The notes below the pieces were generated by a model. It was not told where the DNA came from and did not search any database. It saw nothing but the letters and a program-made list of their open reading frames with translations. The translations under genes were made by a program, and so were the position numbers. A stretch of 64,000 nt of DNA, taken from sequence record MW822008.1, one strand, 5' to 3'. Every line of letters starts with the position of its first letter. Position 1 is the first letter of the stretch. Shown one piece after another: positions 20,011 to 29,539 of the stretch.

Positions 20011-20457
20011 ATGTCCAATGCACAATATAAAGATGGTTATGACGCATACAAAGCAAAAGTAGTTCTAAGTGCTGAACAGCTAAAAATGCAGCATCCATTA
20101 TATCGTCAGGGCTATCGTGCAGCACAAGCAGAAGCAATGAAGAAAAATAATGTAACTTTCCCTACTACACTATATGATATTCCAAAACGTCCACACATTT
20201 TTAAAGCTGAATGGACTGATATTATGGCAGCGACAAAGCGTCCACGCTTTGCTAAATTACACACCGATGAAGGTCGCTGGTTGCTAATGGGGATTATGAA
20301 AGCAGTTGAGAATCAATCTCATAAGATTGTTCGTTATAAAGATGTTGTTGCTATGGTTGATAAAGCATTTGACCTTGTACTTCAATATGGTTATGATGAA
20401 GGTGTTCTAACTGTTTCTGATTGTGAAAAATATCAGTACACCCCATATCAAAAATAA
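20011..20457 (+). CDS. hypothetical protein
   Basis: ORF track. Confidence 0.75.
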   Translation: MSNAQYKDGYDAYKAKVVLSAEQLKMQHPLYRQGYRAAQAEAMKKNNVTFPTTLYDIPKRPHIFKAEWTDIMAATKRPRFAKLHTDEGRWLLMGIMKAVENQSHKIVRYKDVVAMVDKAFDLVLQYGYDEGVLTVSDCEKYQYTPYQK

Positions 20458-20467
20458 TATTGTGAAA

Positions 20468-20496
20468 AGGAATCCTATCATGGGATTCCTATTTTT
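20468..20496 (+). terminator. rho-independent terminator
   Basis: AGGAATCCT-loop-GGGATTCCT followed by ATTTTT. Confidence 0.8.
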
Positions 20497-20577
20497 ATTG
20501 CTGTATATCAATTTTCCATTGATCATATTTTGATCTATATGAGCTAAATACCCAAGGAATCATTGTTACTAGGGTAG

Positions 20578-21132
20578 GTGAATATGCAGCAATATAATTT
20601 AACTGAAGAACAAAGTGATATTTTTTACCATCATATGTTTTTAATTGATGAATTTGCTTTAAAAATTAATTCTGAAGCAATTGATATATTGAAGAAATGG
20701 TATAGTTGTTATAATAAAAACAAAAAGTGGTATTGGTTTAATAGAAATATAAAATCATTTCTAAAAACAATCACATACACTGATAGTATTGAGTTAATAC
20801 ATAGTTCTATTGGATATAGTTACTTAACTAAACACAACAGTACTATGATGTTATCAGGGTTTAAAGTTGAAAGAATTTCCAAGTTAACAGGTTTGTCATT
20901 AGAAACAATTCTATATGATATTGAGAAAATTTGGAAAACTATAGAATTAATGCATAAAAATATGTCATTCATATATAGAAATTATGATATATTCACTGAT
21001 GTACGACAATATCATAATAAACCGTATGTATTGGATGAAAAGTACTATAATCATATGGAAGTTTGTTCTAAACTCGTTGATGATTGGAATCTAGAGGGAC
21101 ATAATGAAATACACACACCTAAGTATAGATGA
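20578..21132 (+). CDS. hypothetical protein
   Basis: ORF track; CTAAATA at 20544-20550 upstream. Confidence 0.7.
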   Translation: MNMQQYNLTEEQSDIFYHHMFLIDEFALKINSEAIDILKKWYSCYNKNKKWYWFNRNIKSFLKTITYTDSIELIHSSIGYSYLTKHNSTMMLSGFKVERISKLTGLSLETILYDIEKIWKTIELMHKNMSFIYRNYDIFTDVRQYHNKPYVLDEKYYNHMEVCSKLVDDWNLEGHNEIHTPKYR

Positions 21133-21628
21133 TACTAATATCTGGTTAGATAACATAATCAAGACATTAGAATTAATTAAACTTACATTACAAAAAACTA
21201 CTGATATTGAAATTAATATTAAACAAGAAATATTAAACTATTATCATAGAAACAAATATAGCACGTTTATCTCTAAATTAATTTATGGATTATATGATAT
21301 TGAAGATATTTGCATCGGTTACAGTACTGGTATTTGCTTCACAGTTAATGGTTTAAAAAATGATTTAAATTTCAGACTTTCCGATGAAGAGCAAGATTTT
21401 CGTAGATTTTGTGATAATATTATGGATACAGATAAAATTACATTTGTTATTGAATTAAATCAAACGTGGTCTACATATGCAGATAAACCATTTGAAATTA
21501 ATGAAACAGATGTGTTAAACTATATTCGAGTTATGAAAATTCATGATTTGTGTAAAAACGCATTGTTAAGTATTGGAGCTTATAATGAAACATACGACTT
21601 GGTTGAAGATAGCAGAAGTAGTTGCTGA
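21104..21628 (+). CDS. hypothetical protein
   Basis: ORF track; GAGGG RBS. Confidence 0.7.
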   Translation: MKYTHLSIDDTNIWLDNIIKTLELIKLTLQKTTDIEINIKQEILNYYHRNKYSTFISKLIYGLYDIEDICIGYSTGICFTVNGLKNDLNFRLSDEEQDFRRFCDNIMDTDKITFVIELNQTWSTYADKPFEINETDVLNYIRVMKIHDLCKNALLSIGAYNETYDLVEDSRSSC

Positions 21629-22064
21629 GGAAAGTAAATGTATTTCACAAAAAGTTGGTTGTGTTATTGTTAAAAATAACCGAGTATTGAGTACTGGATA
21701 CAATGGTACTCCATCAAAACAACCAAATTGTTGTGATGTGAATCAACACTTAGTCAATGATGGACGTTTTCAAGACTGGGTTAGTGATGAAGCAAAGCAT
21801 GAACATCATGAGTGGAGTAATATTCATGAAATCCATGCTGAAATGAACGCTTTACTCTATAGTTCTCCTACTGAACGTCAAGGTGCTACTCTTTACACAA
21901 CACTACAACCATGTTATACTTGTTCTAAGTTGATCGCAGGTAGTGGAATTTCACGTGTAATTTATCTCAAAAATTATCCTCGTACACCACCAGAAGCTAT
22001 TAAAGTACTGGAAGATGCTGGAATTATTGTTAATTGCATTTATGATAAGGGTCTTGATAAATGA
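21585..22064 (+). CDS. cd: dCMP deaminase
   Basis: SKCISQKVGCVIV, STGYNG, HAEMNAL and PCYTC zinc motifs. Confidence 0.92.
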   Translation: MKHTTWLKIAEVVAEESKCISQKVGCVIVKNNRVLSTGYNGTPSKQPNCCDVNQHLVNDGRFQDWVSDEAKHEHHEWSNIHEIHAEMNALLYSSPTERQGATLYTTLQPCYTCSKLIAGSGISRVIYLKNYPRTPPEAIKVLEDAGIIVNCIYDKGLDK

Positions 22065-22318
22065 CAGTAATAATTATTATTGCTTTTCTAATAACAGTGT
22101 TTTTCATTTTTATGTTATATATAGTTGCTATGGATGAACCTAATACTTCTTTTCGAAATTATGAAGTTCGTTTTTCTGCACAAAATAATAAGTACTATAT
22201 TGTAAACTGTATACACCGTAGTGAGAAAAGGGTAACAAGTAGATTTGGATTTACCATTTATTATAAAGACCGAGTAGAAGCTGATATGATTTGTCAGAAG
22301 CTTAATACTGTAGAATAA
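22061..22318 (+). CDS. small membrane-anchored protein
   Basis: N-terminal hydrophobic helix. Confidence 0.65.
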   Translation: MTVIIIIAFLITVFFIFMLYIVAMDEPNTSFRNYEVRFSAQNNKYYIVNCIHRSEKRVTSRFGFTIYYKDRVEADMICQKLNTVE

Positions 22319-22348
22319 AAAAAAGGAGCCGTATGGCTCCTTTTTTTG
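22317..22348. terminator. bidirectional rho-independent terminator
   Basis: A-run, GGAGCC-GTAT-GGCTCC, T-run; lies between convergent genes. Confidence 0.9.
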
Positions 22349-22726
22349 TTAACCAGGGAGGTTACAATAATACAAATCCCAAGGGTGATATTTCATCGCA
22401 CCAGTACTCAATTTAATTTTATGAAACTGGAATGATTCGGCAAATGCACTATCGTCAATCTTAATACAAAAAGTGTTTTTGGCTAGAGTTGGTGCAATTT
22501 CCAATGCTGTTTTAGATGCATCTAATCTAATTTTATCTTTATCATAACTAGTGATAGTTACAAAACGATAAACATTAAAATCAGTATCAATGAGATCGTA
22601 AACACAACTAGAACGTTGATTAAAGATGTTCAAGTTATATTTCAATTCACCGTTTATATTAGCTGCGGTTACACAAAACCCGCCGATATTGAATGGTAGT
22701 TTACCTTGTGCTGCGATAGCTTTCAT
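22349..22726 (-). CDS. hypothetical protein (only credible minus-strand gene)
   Basis: Fills a gap with no + strand ORF, has AAGGA RBS on the minus strand, ends at the bidirectional terminator. Confidence 0.8.
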   Translation of the reverse strand: MKAIAAQGKLPFNIGGFCVTAANINGELKYNLNIFNQRSSCVYDLIDTDFNVYRFVTITSYDKDKIRLDASKTALEIAPTLAKNTFCIKIDDSAFAESFQFHKIKLSTGAMKYHPWDLYYCNLPG

Positions 22727-22795
22727 ATTTTATTTCCTTTTTAAATATAAGTATGAAATATATTTGTTTTTTACATCAGATGCACCATGAACTAG

Positions 22796-22824
22796 TTGAC
22801 AAAACATCAGTGGTATGATATGAT
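22796..22824 (+). promoter_or_regulatory. sigma70-type promoter
   Basis: TTGACA-17 nt-TATGAT with extended -10 TG. Confidence 0.7.
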
Positions 22825-22935
22825 CTGTTATAAACTGTACACCTTAAGTTTTATTTTTAAAAATTTGAGTTAAGTACAGAAAAAGTTTGACTTAAGTGTT
22901 TAAGTACTATATTATTTATATCTTCCTAAACAAAA

Positions 22936-23559
22936 TTGAGGACTTGTTATATGAAAAGACTATGGCTTGAAGTGATACAAGCAGCAATGTTTCTATTGTT
23001 AATAAATTTTCCAGCCAGTGCTGGTATTGAAAGTAAAAATGTGATAAAGTATAATCCTGAAACCCGAAATGTATATTTCATATCAGATATTACAGATGGG
23101 TCACTCAAGAGAATGATAGAGTTGTATGATAAAGAACACTATGATACCATCACAATTACATCTCCTGGTGGTGATTTTGATGCAGGTATTCGAATGGCAA
23201 ACTTTGTTAGAGACAATGGGATAAATTTAATTGTTTCTAGGTATTGCAATTCAGCATGTACTGTGGTATTCTTTAGTGTATCTCCCGAAAAGCGATATAT
23301 GACAAATCGCTCAGTACTGGGTCTTCATAACATTTCGATTAAAAGTAATGTTACTGATGGTGATAATTCATTTGTGTCTGTAAGACAGTTATCAACTTTT
23401 ACCGAAGAAATGGCAACAAAGGTAGGTTTCCTTTTTTCACTATATGCAGCAAATGGAATCCCACCAGAAGTTCTATTTAGAGTTAGTCGTTCTCGTGGTG
23501 AAGATGTTGTAATATTAACAAAACCAGAACTGGTTTTTTACGGTTCAGTCAAACAATAA
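22936..23559 (+). CDS. secreted ClpP/crotonase-fold peptidase-like protein
   Basis: Signal-peptide-like N-terminus (...PASA); ITSPGG, CNSACT and LGLH motifs. Confidence 0.7.
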   Translation: MRTCYMKRLWLEVIQAAMFLLLINFPASAGIESKNVIKYNPETRNVYFISDITDGSLKRMIELYDKEHYDTITITSPGGDFDAGIRMANFVRDNGINLIVSRYCNSACTVVFFSVSPEKRYMTNRSVLGLHNISIKSNVTDGDNSFVSVRQLSTFTEEMATKVGFLFSLYAANGIPPEVLFRVSRSRGEDVVILTKPELVFYGSVKQ

Positions 23560-23629
23560 AAATAATTAAAATAACAGGATGATTATGATGTACTTCCTTT
23601 GTTATTAATTATATTGAGATTATATAACT

Positions 23630-23890
23630 ATGACAAACATCCAAAACTTGACATCTATTATTTTTTATGCTACTGTAGTAATGTATGCTACAGTTATTTT
23701 TCTAACAGTTTTCATTTACAAAGATTATCGTAATGGCTTTATTGATTCAACTACAATGAAGTTCAATTCAAAATTCGAAGCAATAATTTATTATGTACTA
23801 TCAACTTCATACTTGGTGTGCCTAATGTTGTTAGGAGCACTAATTTATATCTTATACACAACATTATTTGCAATTGGAGCTATTTTATGA
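23630..23890 (+). CDS. membrane protein
   Basis: Two hydrophobic helices. Confidence 0.7.
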   Translation: MTNIQNLTSIIFYATVVMYATVIFLTVFIYKDYRNGFIDSTTMKFNSKFEAIIYYVLSTSYLVCLMLLGALIYILYTTLFAIGAIL

Positions 23891-24480
23891 CCTGTATTAT
23901 TGCACACACTAACGGAGTAAGTTCTTTTATTGCTGGGGATAAGTTAGGAAGCAATGGATTTACAAAAACTGTTCAAACTGAACCAAAGGTATTCGAGAAA
24001 GAATTTATCAAGTTACATGATGATGGACTAACTAGAACTAAAGAAGTAATGGCATTGGGTTATACTACATCATTTCGTATGGGTCAGTTGTTAAATTATA
24101 ACCTTAATTTACCTGAACAAGATGCTAGTCAAACATTTTCACAATATTTGGTTCTTAAAGTTATTCCAATTATTCGTCAAATGTTTAAAGAAGAATGGGG
24201 TGCACGAGATGCATCACAAGATGTAGGTGGTGGACAATTTATCATTCTCCACAATCATACAATCTATGAAGTTCAAGAAGACTTTTCAGTACTACAACCT
24301 AAAACAAGAATTACCGCAGTAGGTAGTGGGACATATCATGCAATTGCAGCAATGCAAGCATATATTGAAGTTGAGAACGAATCTAAAAAACCACTACACG
24401 AACGTATCAAATCAATTTTTAAAATTGTTAGTGATAATGTAACAAGCGTAAGCGAAGAGTTTGATGTTTTAAAATATTAA
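23887..24480 (+). CDS. HslV / proteasome-beta-like Ntn hydrolase
   Basis: Start MTCIIA puts Thr at the mature N-terminus; AGD, KVF and AVGSG motifs. Confidence 0.75.
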   Translation: MTCIIAHTNGVSSFIAGDKLGSNGFTKTVQTEPKVFEKEFIKLHDDGLTRTKEVMALGYTTSFRMGQLLNYNLNLPEQDASQTFSQYLVLKVIPIIRQMFKEEWGARDASQDVGGGQFIILHNHTIYEVQEDFSVLQPKTRITAVGSGTYHAIAAMQAYIEVENESKKPLHERIKSIFKIVSDNVTSVSEEFDVLKY

Positions 24481-24507
24481 AAGTACTAATATTATAAGAG
24501 AGAATAG

Positions 24508-24702
24508 ATGATGGCATACACAATTTATGAATGGGTTTTGAGTTTTTTTATAGTTTTTTCTATTGTTGTAATTTATAACAATACTAAATGCTTATATAGG
24601 GACTTGAAATCCAATGGTTATCACAAAGATAATAATTTTATGTATGCCTATCATATTGGAATCATTCTGTTATTATCAATATATTTAATTGGTTTTTTAT
24701 AA
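24508..24702 (+). CDS. small membrane protein
   Basis: Two hydrophobic segments. Confidence 0.6.
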   Translation: MMAYTIYEWVLSFFIVFSIVVIYNNTKCLYRDLKSNGYHKDNNFMYAYHIGIILLLSIYLIGFL

Positions 24703-24705
24703 GGA

Positions 24706-25464
24706 TTGAATATGATATCAGAAAAATTTATAAGCAATGAAGGTAAAAAGCGATTACTGATTATATCAGGTGCAGGACTTTCTGTTGAAAGTGGTATGGA
24801 ACCTTTTCGATTTGATGATGGTTTGTGGGATACATTTAAAATTAATGATGTATGTAACATTGCTAGTTTAACTACAAAATATCATGTTGTTCATTCTTTC
24901 TATAATACATTACGTGTAAAATTGGGACAATGCGAACCGAATGCAATGCATTATTTTATAAAATCGTTAGAAGATCAATATGGTGATTGCTTCCTTCATA
25001 TGACTTCTAACATGGACGATCTTTATACTCGTATTGGTGGTCATGAGCTTAAACTTCATGGAAACTTGTGCGAAGTTATTGAAAATTATAGTATCAATTC
25101 CGATGATTATAATGTTATTAACTGCGGATACGAACCATACATACCAAAACATGATGTTTTTGCTAAACCAAATGTAGTAATGATTGGAGAATATCATCGT
25201 TATGTTGATGGTATTCGCTTACCAATTTACGAAGAACGAAATAATGTGTTGAAATCTCTTAATGAAAATGATACAGTTATTGTAATTGGTAGTAGCGATA
25301 CAGTACTGGTATGGTCGAGATTAGCAGCAGCATTACCATGTTATAGTGTTAATGTTAACATTCGTAAAAATGATAATGATTTTTTGTTTAATGAAAAAGT
25401 TATCAAGCCAGCAACCAAAGCAATACCGCATCTAGAGACTATAATTAAGGAACGTATGAAATGA
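24706..25464 (+). CDS. Sir2/CobB-family NAD-dependent protein
   Basis: SGAGLSVESG..FR, TSNMDDL, LHGNL, KPNVV and IGSS motifs; no intact tetra-Cys zinc module. Confidence 0.88.
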   Translation: MNMISEKFISNEGKKRLLIISGAGLSVESGMEPFRFDDGLWDTFKINDVCNIASLTTKYHVVHSFYNTLRVKLGQCEPNAMHYFIKSLEDQYGDCFLHMTSNMDDLYTRIGGHELKLHGNLCEVIENYSINSDDYNVINCGYEPYIPKHDVFAKPNVVMIGEYHRYVDGIRLPIYEERNNVLKSLNENDTVIVIGSSDTVLVWSRLAAALPCYSVNVNIRKNDNDFLFNEKVIKPATKAIPHLETIIKERMK

Positions 25465-26012
25465 GTGTTAAAGAAGTTCCCTTTGGTGAATATGGCACAC
25501 GTGCAAATTTTGTATTTTGTTATTTCTTTGCAAGAAAATGCAACCCTTACAAAAACTATGAGTTGAATGATATACCAGAAGTAAATTTAGTATTACTGCA
25601 ATTACGATGGGATGGTCTTCTTGGTGGATGTGGTGGAACCGTAGAAAGTACTGATATCTCACTAGAAGATGCGTTGCGTCGTGAAGTTCAAGAAGAAATG
25701 GATTACAATATTTTTGTTTCCCATCTTCGACCACTCAAAACTTTTGAAATTTACCCAGGTGCAAACAGTCACAGTTTTAGCTATGAAGTAACCTATGACG
25801 AGTTGAAACACATTAGAGATGGATACACTAATGCTAAACATGCAAGTGCAGAAGTTGCTGGTGTAAATTTATGTCATATTTCTCGTTATTCTAAGGGACA
25901 AAATCGAGAAGCGGGATATAATAATCTTATGACACAGAACTTCATCGGTACAGCAAAACAAGAATTGGAGTATCTGGTTCAAAAAGAAAACTTACTAATT
26001 AGTTATCTATAG
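25461..26012 (+). CDS. Nudix hydrolase, NUDT16-like
   Basis: Nudix box GG-x5-SLEDALRREVQEEM; QLRWDG, EVAG and FIGTAKQEL resemble NUDT16. Confidence 0.85.
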   Translation: MSVKEVPFGEYGTRANFVFCYFFARKCNPYKNYELNDIPEVNLVLLQLRWDGLLGGCGGTVESTDISLEDALRREVQEEMDYNIFVSHLRPLKTFEIYPGANSHSFSYEVTYDELKHIRDGYTNAKHASAEVAGVNLCHISRYSKGQNREAGYNNLMTQNFIGTAKQELEYLVQKENLLISYL

Positions 26013-26021
26013 GAGTTTAAC

Positions 26022-26342
26022 ATGTCTTACTCAATGTTTTTGGATGATATTCGTGATGCAAATCTATATTATCCAAACCAAGATATGGTGGTATGTCGTG
26101 ACTTTAAAAGTGCATGTGAATATGTTATTGAAAATGGAATTCCAGCATTTGTATCATTCGACCATGACTTGGGTGATGTGAGCGAAGACGAAAAGACTGG
26201 ATATTCTTTTGCTAAGTTTCTTATTGATTATATGTTTGATAATAATATTAAAGAACCGTTTGAGTACTTTGTTCACAGTAGTAATCCTGTTGGTAAAATT
26301 AATATTGAAACATACTTAAACAATGGATTTAACGCATTATGA
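26022..26342 (+). CDS. cyclic-phosphate-processing receiver-domain protein
   Basis: FLDDIR, SFDHDLG and HSSNPVG motifs. Confidence 0.8.
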   Translation: MSYSMFLDDIRDANLYYPNQDMVVCRDFKSACEYVIENGIPAFVSFDHDLGDVSEDEKTGYSFAKFLIDYMFDNNIKEPFEYFVHSSNPVGKINIETYLNNGFNAL

Positions 26343-26641
26343 TTCAAACACACATCAAAAGTCTTATTTGTACTGTTCTGTTAGGTGCAGGAGTTCTTTG
26401 GTTCGGACAGTATCACGAGAACACTAAGCGTACCAACATTCACTACAATACCGCAGAAGTTGTTAGTTTAGGACAATGTAGCGAGTCCAAATGTTCATTT
26501 ATGTATAAAACCCAAAGTGGTGAAGTACGTAATGGACTATCAAGAGAACCAGTTTCAATTGGTCAACTTGTTTACCAGGAGTGCTGGGAAGAAAAGGTTC
26601 GAGGTTCACGTTGCTATGTTGAATACGAACCAAATATGTAA
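26339..26641 (+). CDS. membrane-anchored hypothetical protein
   Basis: N-terminal hydrophobic helix; Cys-containing soluble domain. Confidence 0.7.
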   Translation: MIQTHIKSLICTVLLGAGVLWFGQYHENTKRTNIHYNTAEVVSLGQCSESKCSFMYKTQSGEVRNGLSREPVSIGQLVYQECWEEKVRGSRCYVEYEPNM

Positions 26642-26701
26642 TAATCCGAGTCAATAACATTAGTCGAGTACAAGGATGTACTCATAACTCAAGGATGTTT
26701 T

Positions 26702-28141
26702 ATGAAAAAATATACAATTGACACAAACGTACTACTATCTGACCCGAATGCATCTATTGCTTTTGATGGTGCTGCAATCATTCTACCATTTACAGTACTG
26801 GAAGAATTGGATTCAATTAAGAGTCGTAATGTAGATGTTTCACGCGATGCTCGTGTTGCTATTCGTAACATTGAAGCAATTATTGCAGATGCATCACATG
26901 ATGAGATTAGTAGTACTGGTGTTAATATTGCTGATGTTCATACCAATATGAATCCTGATAGCAAATTGTTTGTTATTACAAACGAAGAAGCTGAAGCACT
27001 AATTCGTACTAAAGGTTCAGAAGAGAAAGTTCAAACCCTTCTCAAAAGCACAGTACCTGATGATAAAATCATTCTGGTAGCTTTAGCAACAGAATCAGTA
27101 CTGGTAACTCGTGATATCAACATGCGTATCAAAGCACTAAGTTATGGTGTCGAGGTACAAGATTATCGCCATGATATTGTTATTGGTGATAGTGATTTGA
27201 TTCACATTGGTCAACACCATTTGGAAATTAATTTTTGGGAAGTATATAGCAACTTATCCAATACTAATATTCAATCCGAACAAGTTGGTCGTCGTTTGTA
27301 TCATTACATTTCTAAAAGCTTGATTGAACATTTGCTTCCACAAAATCTATGCATCGGTGATTATCTATATGATGATGCAGACGTATTATTTGTGTACGAA
27401 GGTCAATCAGCAATTGAGGAAGATGATGGAACACTAACACCAGAAGATATTTTGGTATTCCAAGATATTGGACAATCAGTAGCTTTACGTGCTAAAGTAT
27501 GGGATATTAAAGCAAAGAATATCCAACAAGCACTCGCCATCAACAGTATTCTCGATCCTGATGTACATCTAACAGTACTGCTAGGTTCTGCTGGTACTGG
27601 TAAAACACTAATTACGATTGCTACTGCATTAGAATTAGTACTGGAAAAACGTAAATACGACCGAATCATCTTCTCTAAAACTCAAGACTCACAGTTTGAA
27701 GATATTGGTTTCTTGCCAGGTTCAGAAGCAGAAAAAGTGATTCCATTCTGTGGAGCCGCAATTGACGCGTTAGAGTTTCTTCATAAAGATGATGCTAACC
27801 CACAAGGTAGTATTGAAGAGATTATGAAACGTAATGTTATTCAATTTAAAGCACTAAACTTTGTACGTGGACGTTCATTCACCAACACTATTCTAGTAGT
27901 TGATGAATTCCAAAACATTACACCTGCACAAGCCAAAACAATCTTGACACGAGCAGGATTAAACTGTAAAGTAGTAATTATGGGTAACTTGAGTCAGATT
28001 GACAGTAAGTTTATTAGTCCTGTTAACAGTGGTTTGACATATGTAACTGAGAAGTTTAAAGATTGGGCAGGTTGTCGTGTCATCGAACTTGAAGGTGTTG
28101 TTCGCTCACCACTAGCTGAATTTGCTGAAGAAAATATGTAA
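26702..28141 (+). CDS. phoH: PhoH-family ATPase with N-terminal PIN domain
   Basis: IDTNVLL/EELD/DDKI/TRDINMR PIN motifs; GSAGTGKT, RGRSF, DEFQN and RSPLA. Confidence 0.92.
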   Translation: MKKYTIDTNVLLSDPNASIAFDGAAIILPFTVLEELDSIKSRNVDVSRDARVAIRNIEAIIADASHDEISSTGVNIADVHTNMNPDSKLFVITNEEAEALIRTKGSEEKVQTLLKSTVPDDKIILVALATESVLVTRDINMRIKALSYGVEVQDYRHDIVIGDSDLIHIGQHHLEINFWEVYSNLSNTNIQSEQVGRRLYHYISKSLIEHLLPQNLCIGDYLYDDADVLFVYEGQSAIEEDDGTLTPEDILVFQDIGQSVALRAKVWDIKAKNIQQALAINSILDPDVHLTVLLGSAGTGKTLITIATALELVLEKRKYDRIIFSKTQDSQFEDIGFLPGSEAEKVIPFCGAAIDALEFLHKDDANPQGSIEEIMKRNVIQFKALNFVRGRSFTNTILVVDEFQNITPAQAKTILTRAGLNCKVVIMGNLSQIDSKFISPVNSGLTYVTEKFKDWAGCRVIELEGVVRSPLAEFAEENM

Positions 28142-28148
28142 TATTGTA

Positions 28149-28178
28149 TGGGACATTATGTCCCATACATGATATAAT
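28149..28178 (+). promoter_or_regulatory. promoter with overlapping inverted repeat
   Basis: TATGGGACA-TTA-TGTCCCATA inverted repeat followed by TGATATAAT. Confidence 0.65.
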
Positions 28179-28209
28179 GTTGTTATCATACTACAGAAGG
28201 AGATATAAA

Positions 28210-28398
28210 ATGGCTAAACAACCTAAGAAAAAAGAACCAGTAGCAAAAGTTAAGAAAGAGAAAGTTATTCAATCTAAAGAACAACGTATGTACGAACAAC
28301 GTAAGAGTGAAACCCTATCCGGTCTACAAGCTCTACGCAAACAAGGTGTACTAACTCGTGCACAGTACCGTGAACTAGTAGCTCAGAAAGGTTTTTGA
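28210..28398 (+). CDS. small basic protein
   Basis: MAKQPKKKEP..., AAGGAG RBS. Confidence 0.75.
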   Translation: MAKQPKKKEPVAKVKKEKVIQSKEQRMYEQRKSETLSGLQALRKQGVLTRAQYRELVAQKGF

Positions 28399-28502
28399 TT
28401 CATTTGAAGACATATTGTGGAGTTCTTAATAAATACTTTTATAAGAATAATAATACTTTTTATTAAATTAAAAAGAACTCCATGTGTTATTTCAGTTTTT
28501 CG

Positions 28503-28528
28503 TCCCTGTCTTTTGGCAGGGATTTTTT
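28503..28528 (+). terminator. rho-independent terminator
   Basis: TCCCTGTC-TTTT-GGCAGGGA followed by a T-run. Confidence 0.75.
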
Positions 28529-28624
28529 ATATCTATATCTTGACAAAAGGAACAAATCATGAGAACATGTATTAAAGGAAGAATGACTTTCCATTAGGTT
28601 ATTTTAACTTAAAGGAGATTTCAT

Positions 28625-29182
28625 ATGTTTTTTGACCAAACATTTACGTTGTATCACGATTCTGGTAAAGTTGAGATTATTGATAATCTGTTAGAGTACA
28701 TTGCGGAACATGACGGTATAGACCGTTTCCACAGTAAGATGAAATTCGATTTAGCTGAATTCAACAAAAAGAATCGTGAAACATTTTGGAAGAACCGTTT
28801 CTATTACGAAATGTATCCAGAAAAGTTCGTAGGTTATTATCTTTGTACTGAAAAAGGATTACTTGTATCTCCTGATTTACTTATGGGTGAATACATGATA
28901 CTCTATAATGAGTACTGGGAACATAAACGTAAAGCTCGTGATAAGGAATGGCGACATAAGCGTTCGTATATGTACAAACATAACCACTCCCGATACAAGC
29001 GTCCTAAGACTCAGCAAGAGCGTCGTATGGCTTGTGCAGTACTGAAGGATGAGGGGGAACCTGAAATACGTGGAAGACGTAAGATGCGTTCATTACCATC
29101 GTATTGGGACGATATCAGAACAAGACACAGTACTGGCTGGAAATACAGTACTAAACGTAAACATCAATACAAAGGGAGCTAA
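28625..29182 (+). CDS. basic hypothetical phage protein
   Basis: AAGGAG RBS; Arg/Lys-rich C-terminus with LPSYWDD. Confidence 0.8.
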   Translation: MFFDQTFTLYHDSGKVEIIDNLLEYIAEHDGIDRFHSKMKFDLAEFNKKNRETFWKNRFYYEMYPEKFVGYYLCTEKGLLVSPDLLMGEYMILYNEYWEHKRKARDKEWRHKRSYMYKHNHSRYKRPKTQQERRMACAVLKDEGEPEIRGRRKMRSLPSYWDDIRTRHSTGWKYSTKRKHQYKGS

Positions 29183-29209
29183 TGCTCCCTAATTTTATAG
29201 GTGAACTTT

Positions 29210-29539
29210 ATGAACAAAATTGACGTTACTGTAGTGATTGGTTATATTGAAATTGAACCGTGTGGCATTGATACCTTTATTGACACTCTTAATAAGTATC
29301 GTGCTGAATATAACGGTCCCATTAGTCTTTCACCCGACGGTGGTTACGGCGGTTTTCATGGATACAATGTAATTTGGACCAGAGAAGAAACTGACGAAGA
29401 ATATAATACACGAATTGAAGCTGAATCTAAAAAATGTGAAGAAATTGAACGTCAAGAAATGAAACACTTAATGAACAAGAAATCATTAAGTACCGAAGAG
29501 AAATCTAAACTGCTAAAATATATCAAGGATTACATGTAA
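29210..29539 (+). CDS. hypothetical protein
   Basis: ORF track. Confidence 0.7.
   Translation: MNKIDVTVVIGYIEIEPCGIDTFIDTLNKYRAEYNGPISLSPDGGYGGFHGYNVIWTREETDEEYNTRIEAESKKCEEIERQEMKHLMNKKSLSTEEKSKLLKYIKDYM

Noticed and set aside
26641-26701. Pho box upstream of phoH
   Set aside because: The GTC-containing repeats are 13 bp apart rather than 11 and match the consensus poorly; only a short GAGTACA/TGTACTC hairpin is evident.
28540-28570. sigma70 promoter at TTGACA 28540
   Set aside because: No convincing -10 hexamer at 16-18 nt spacing.
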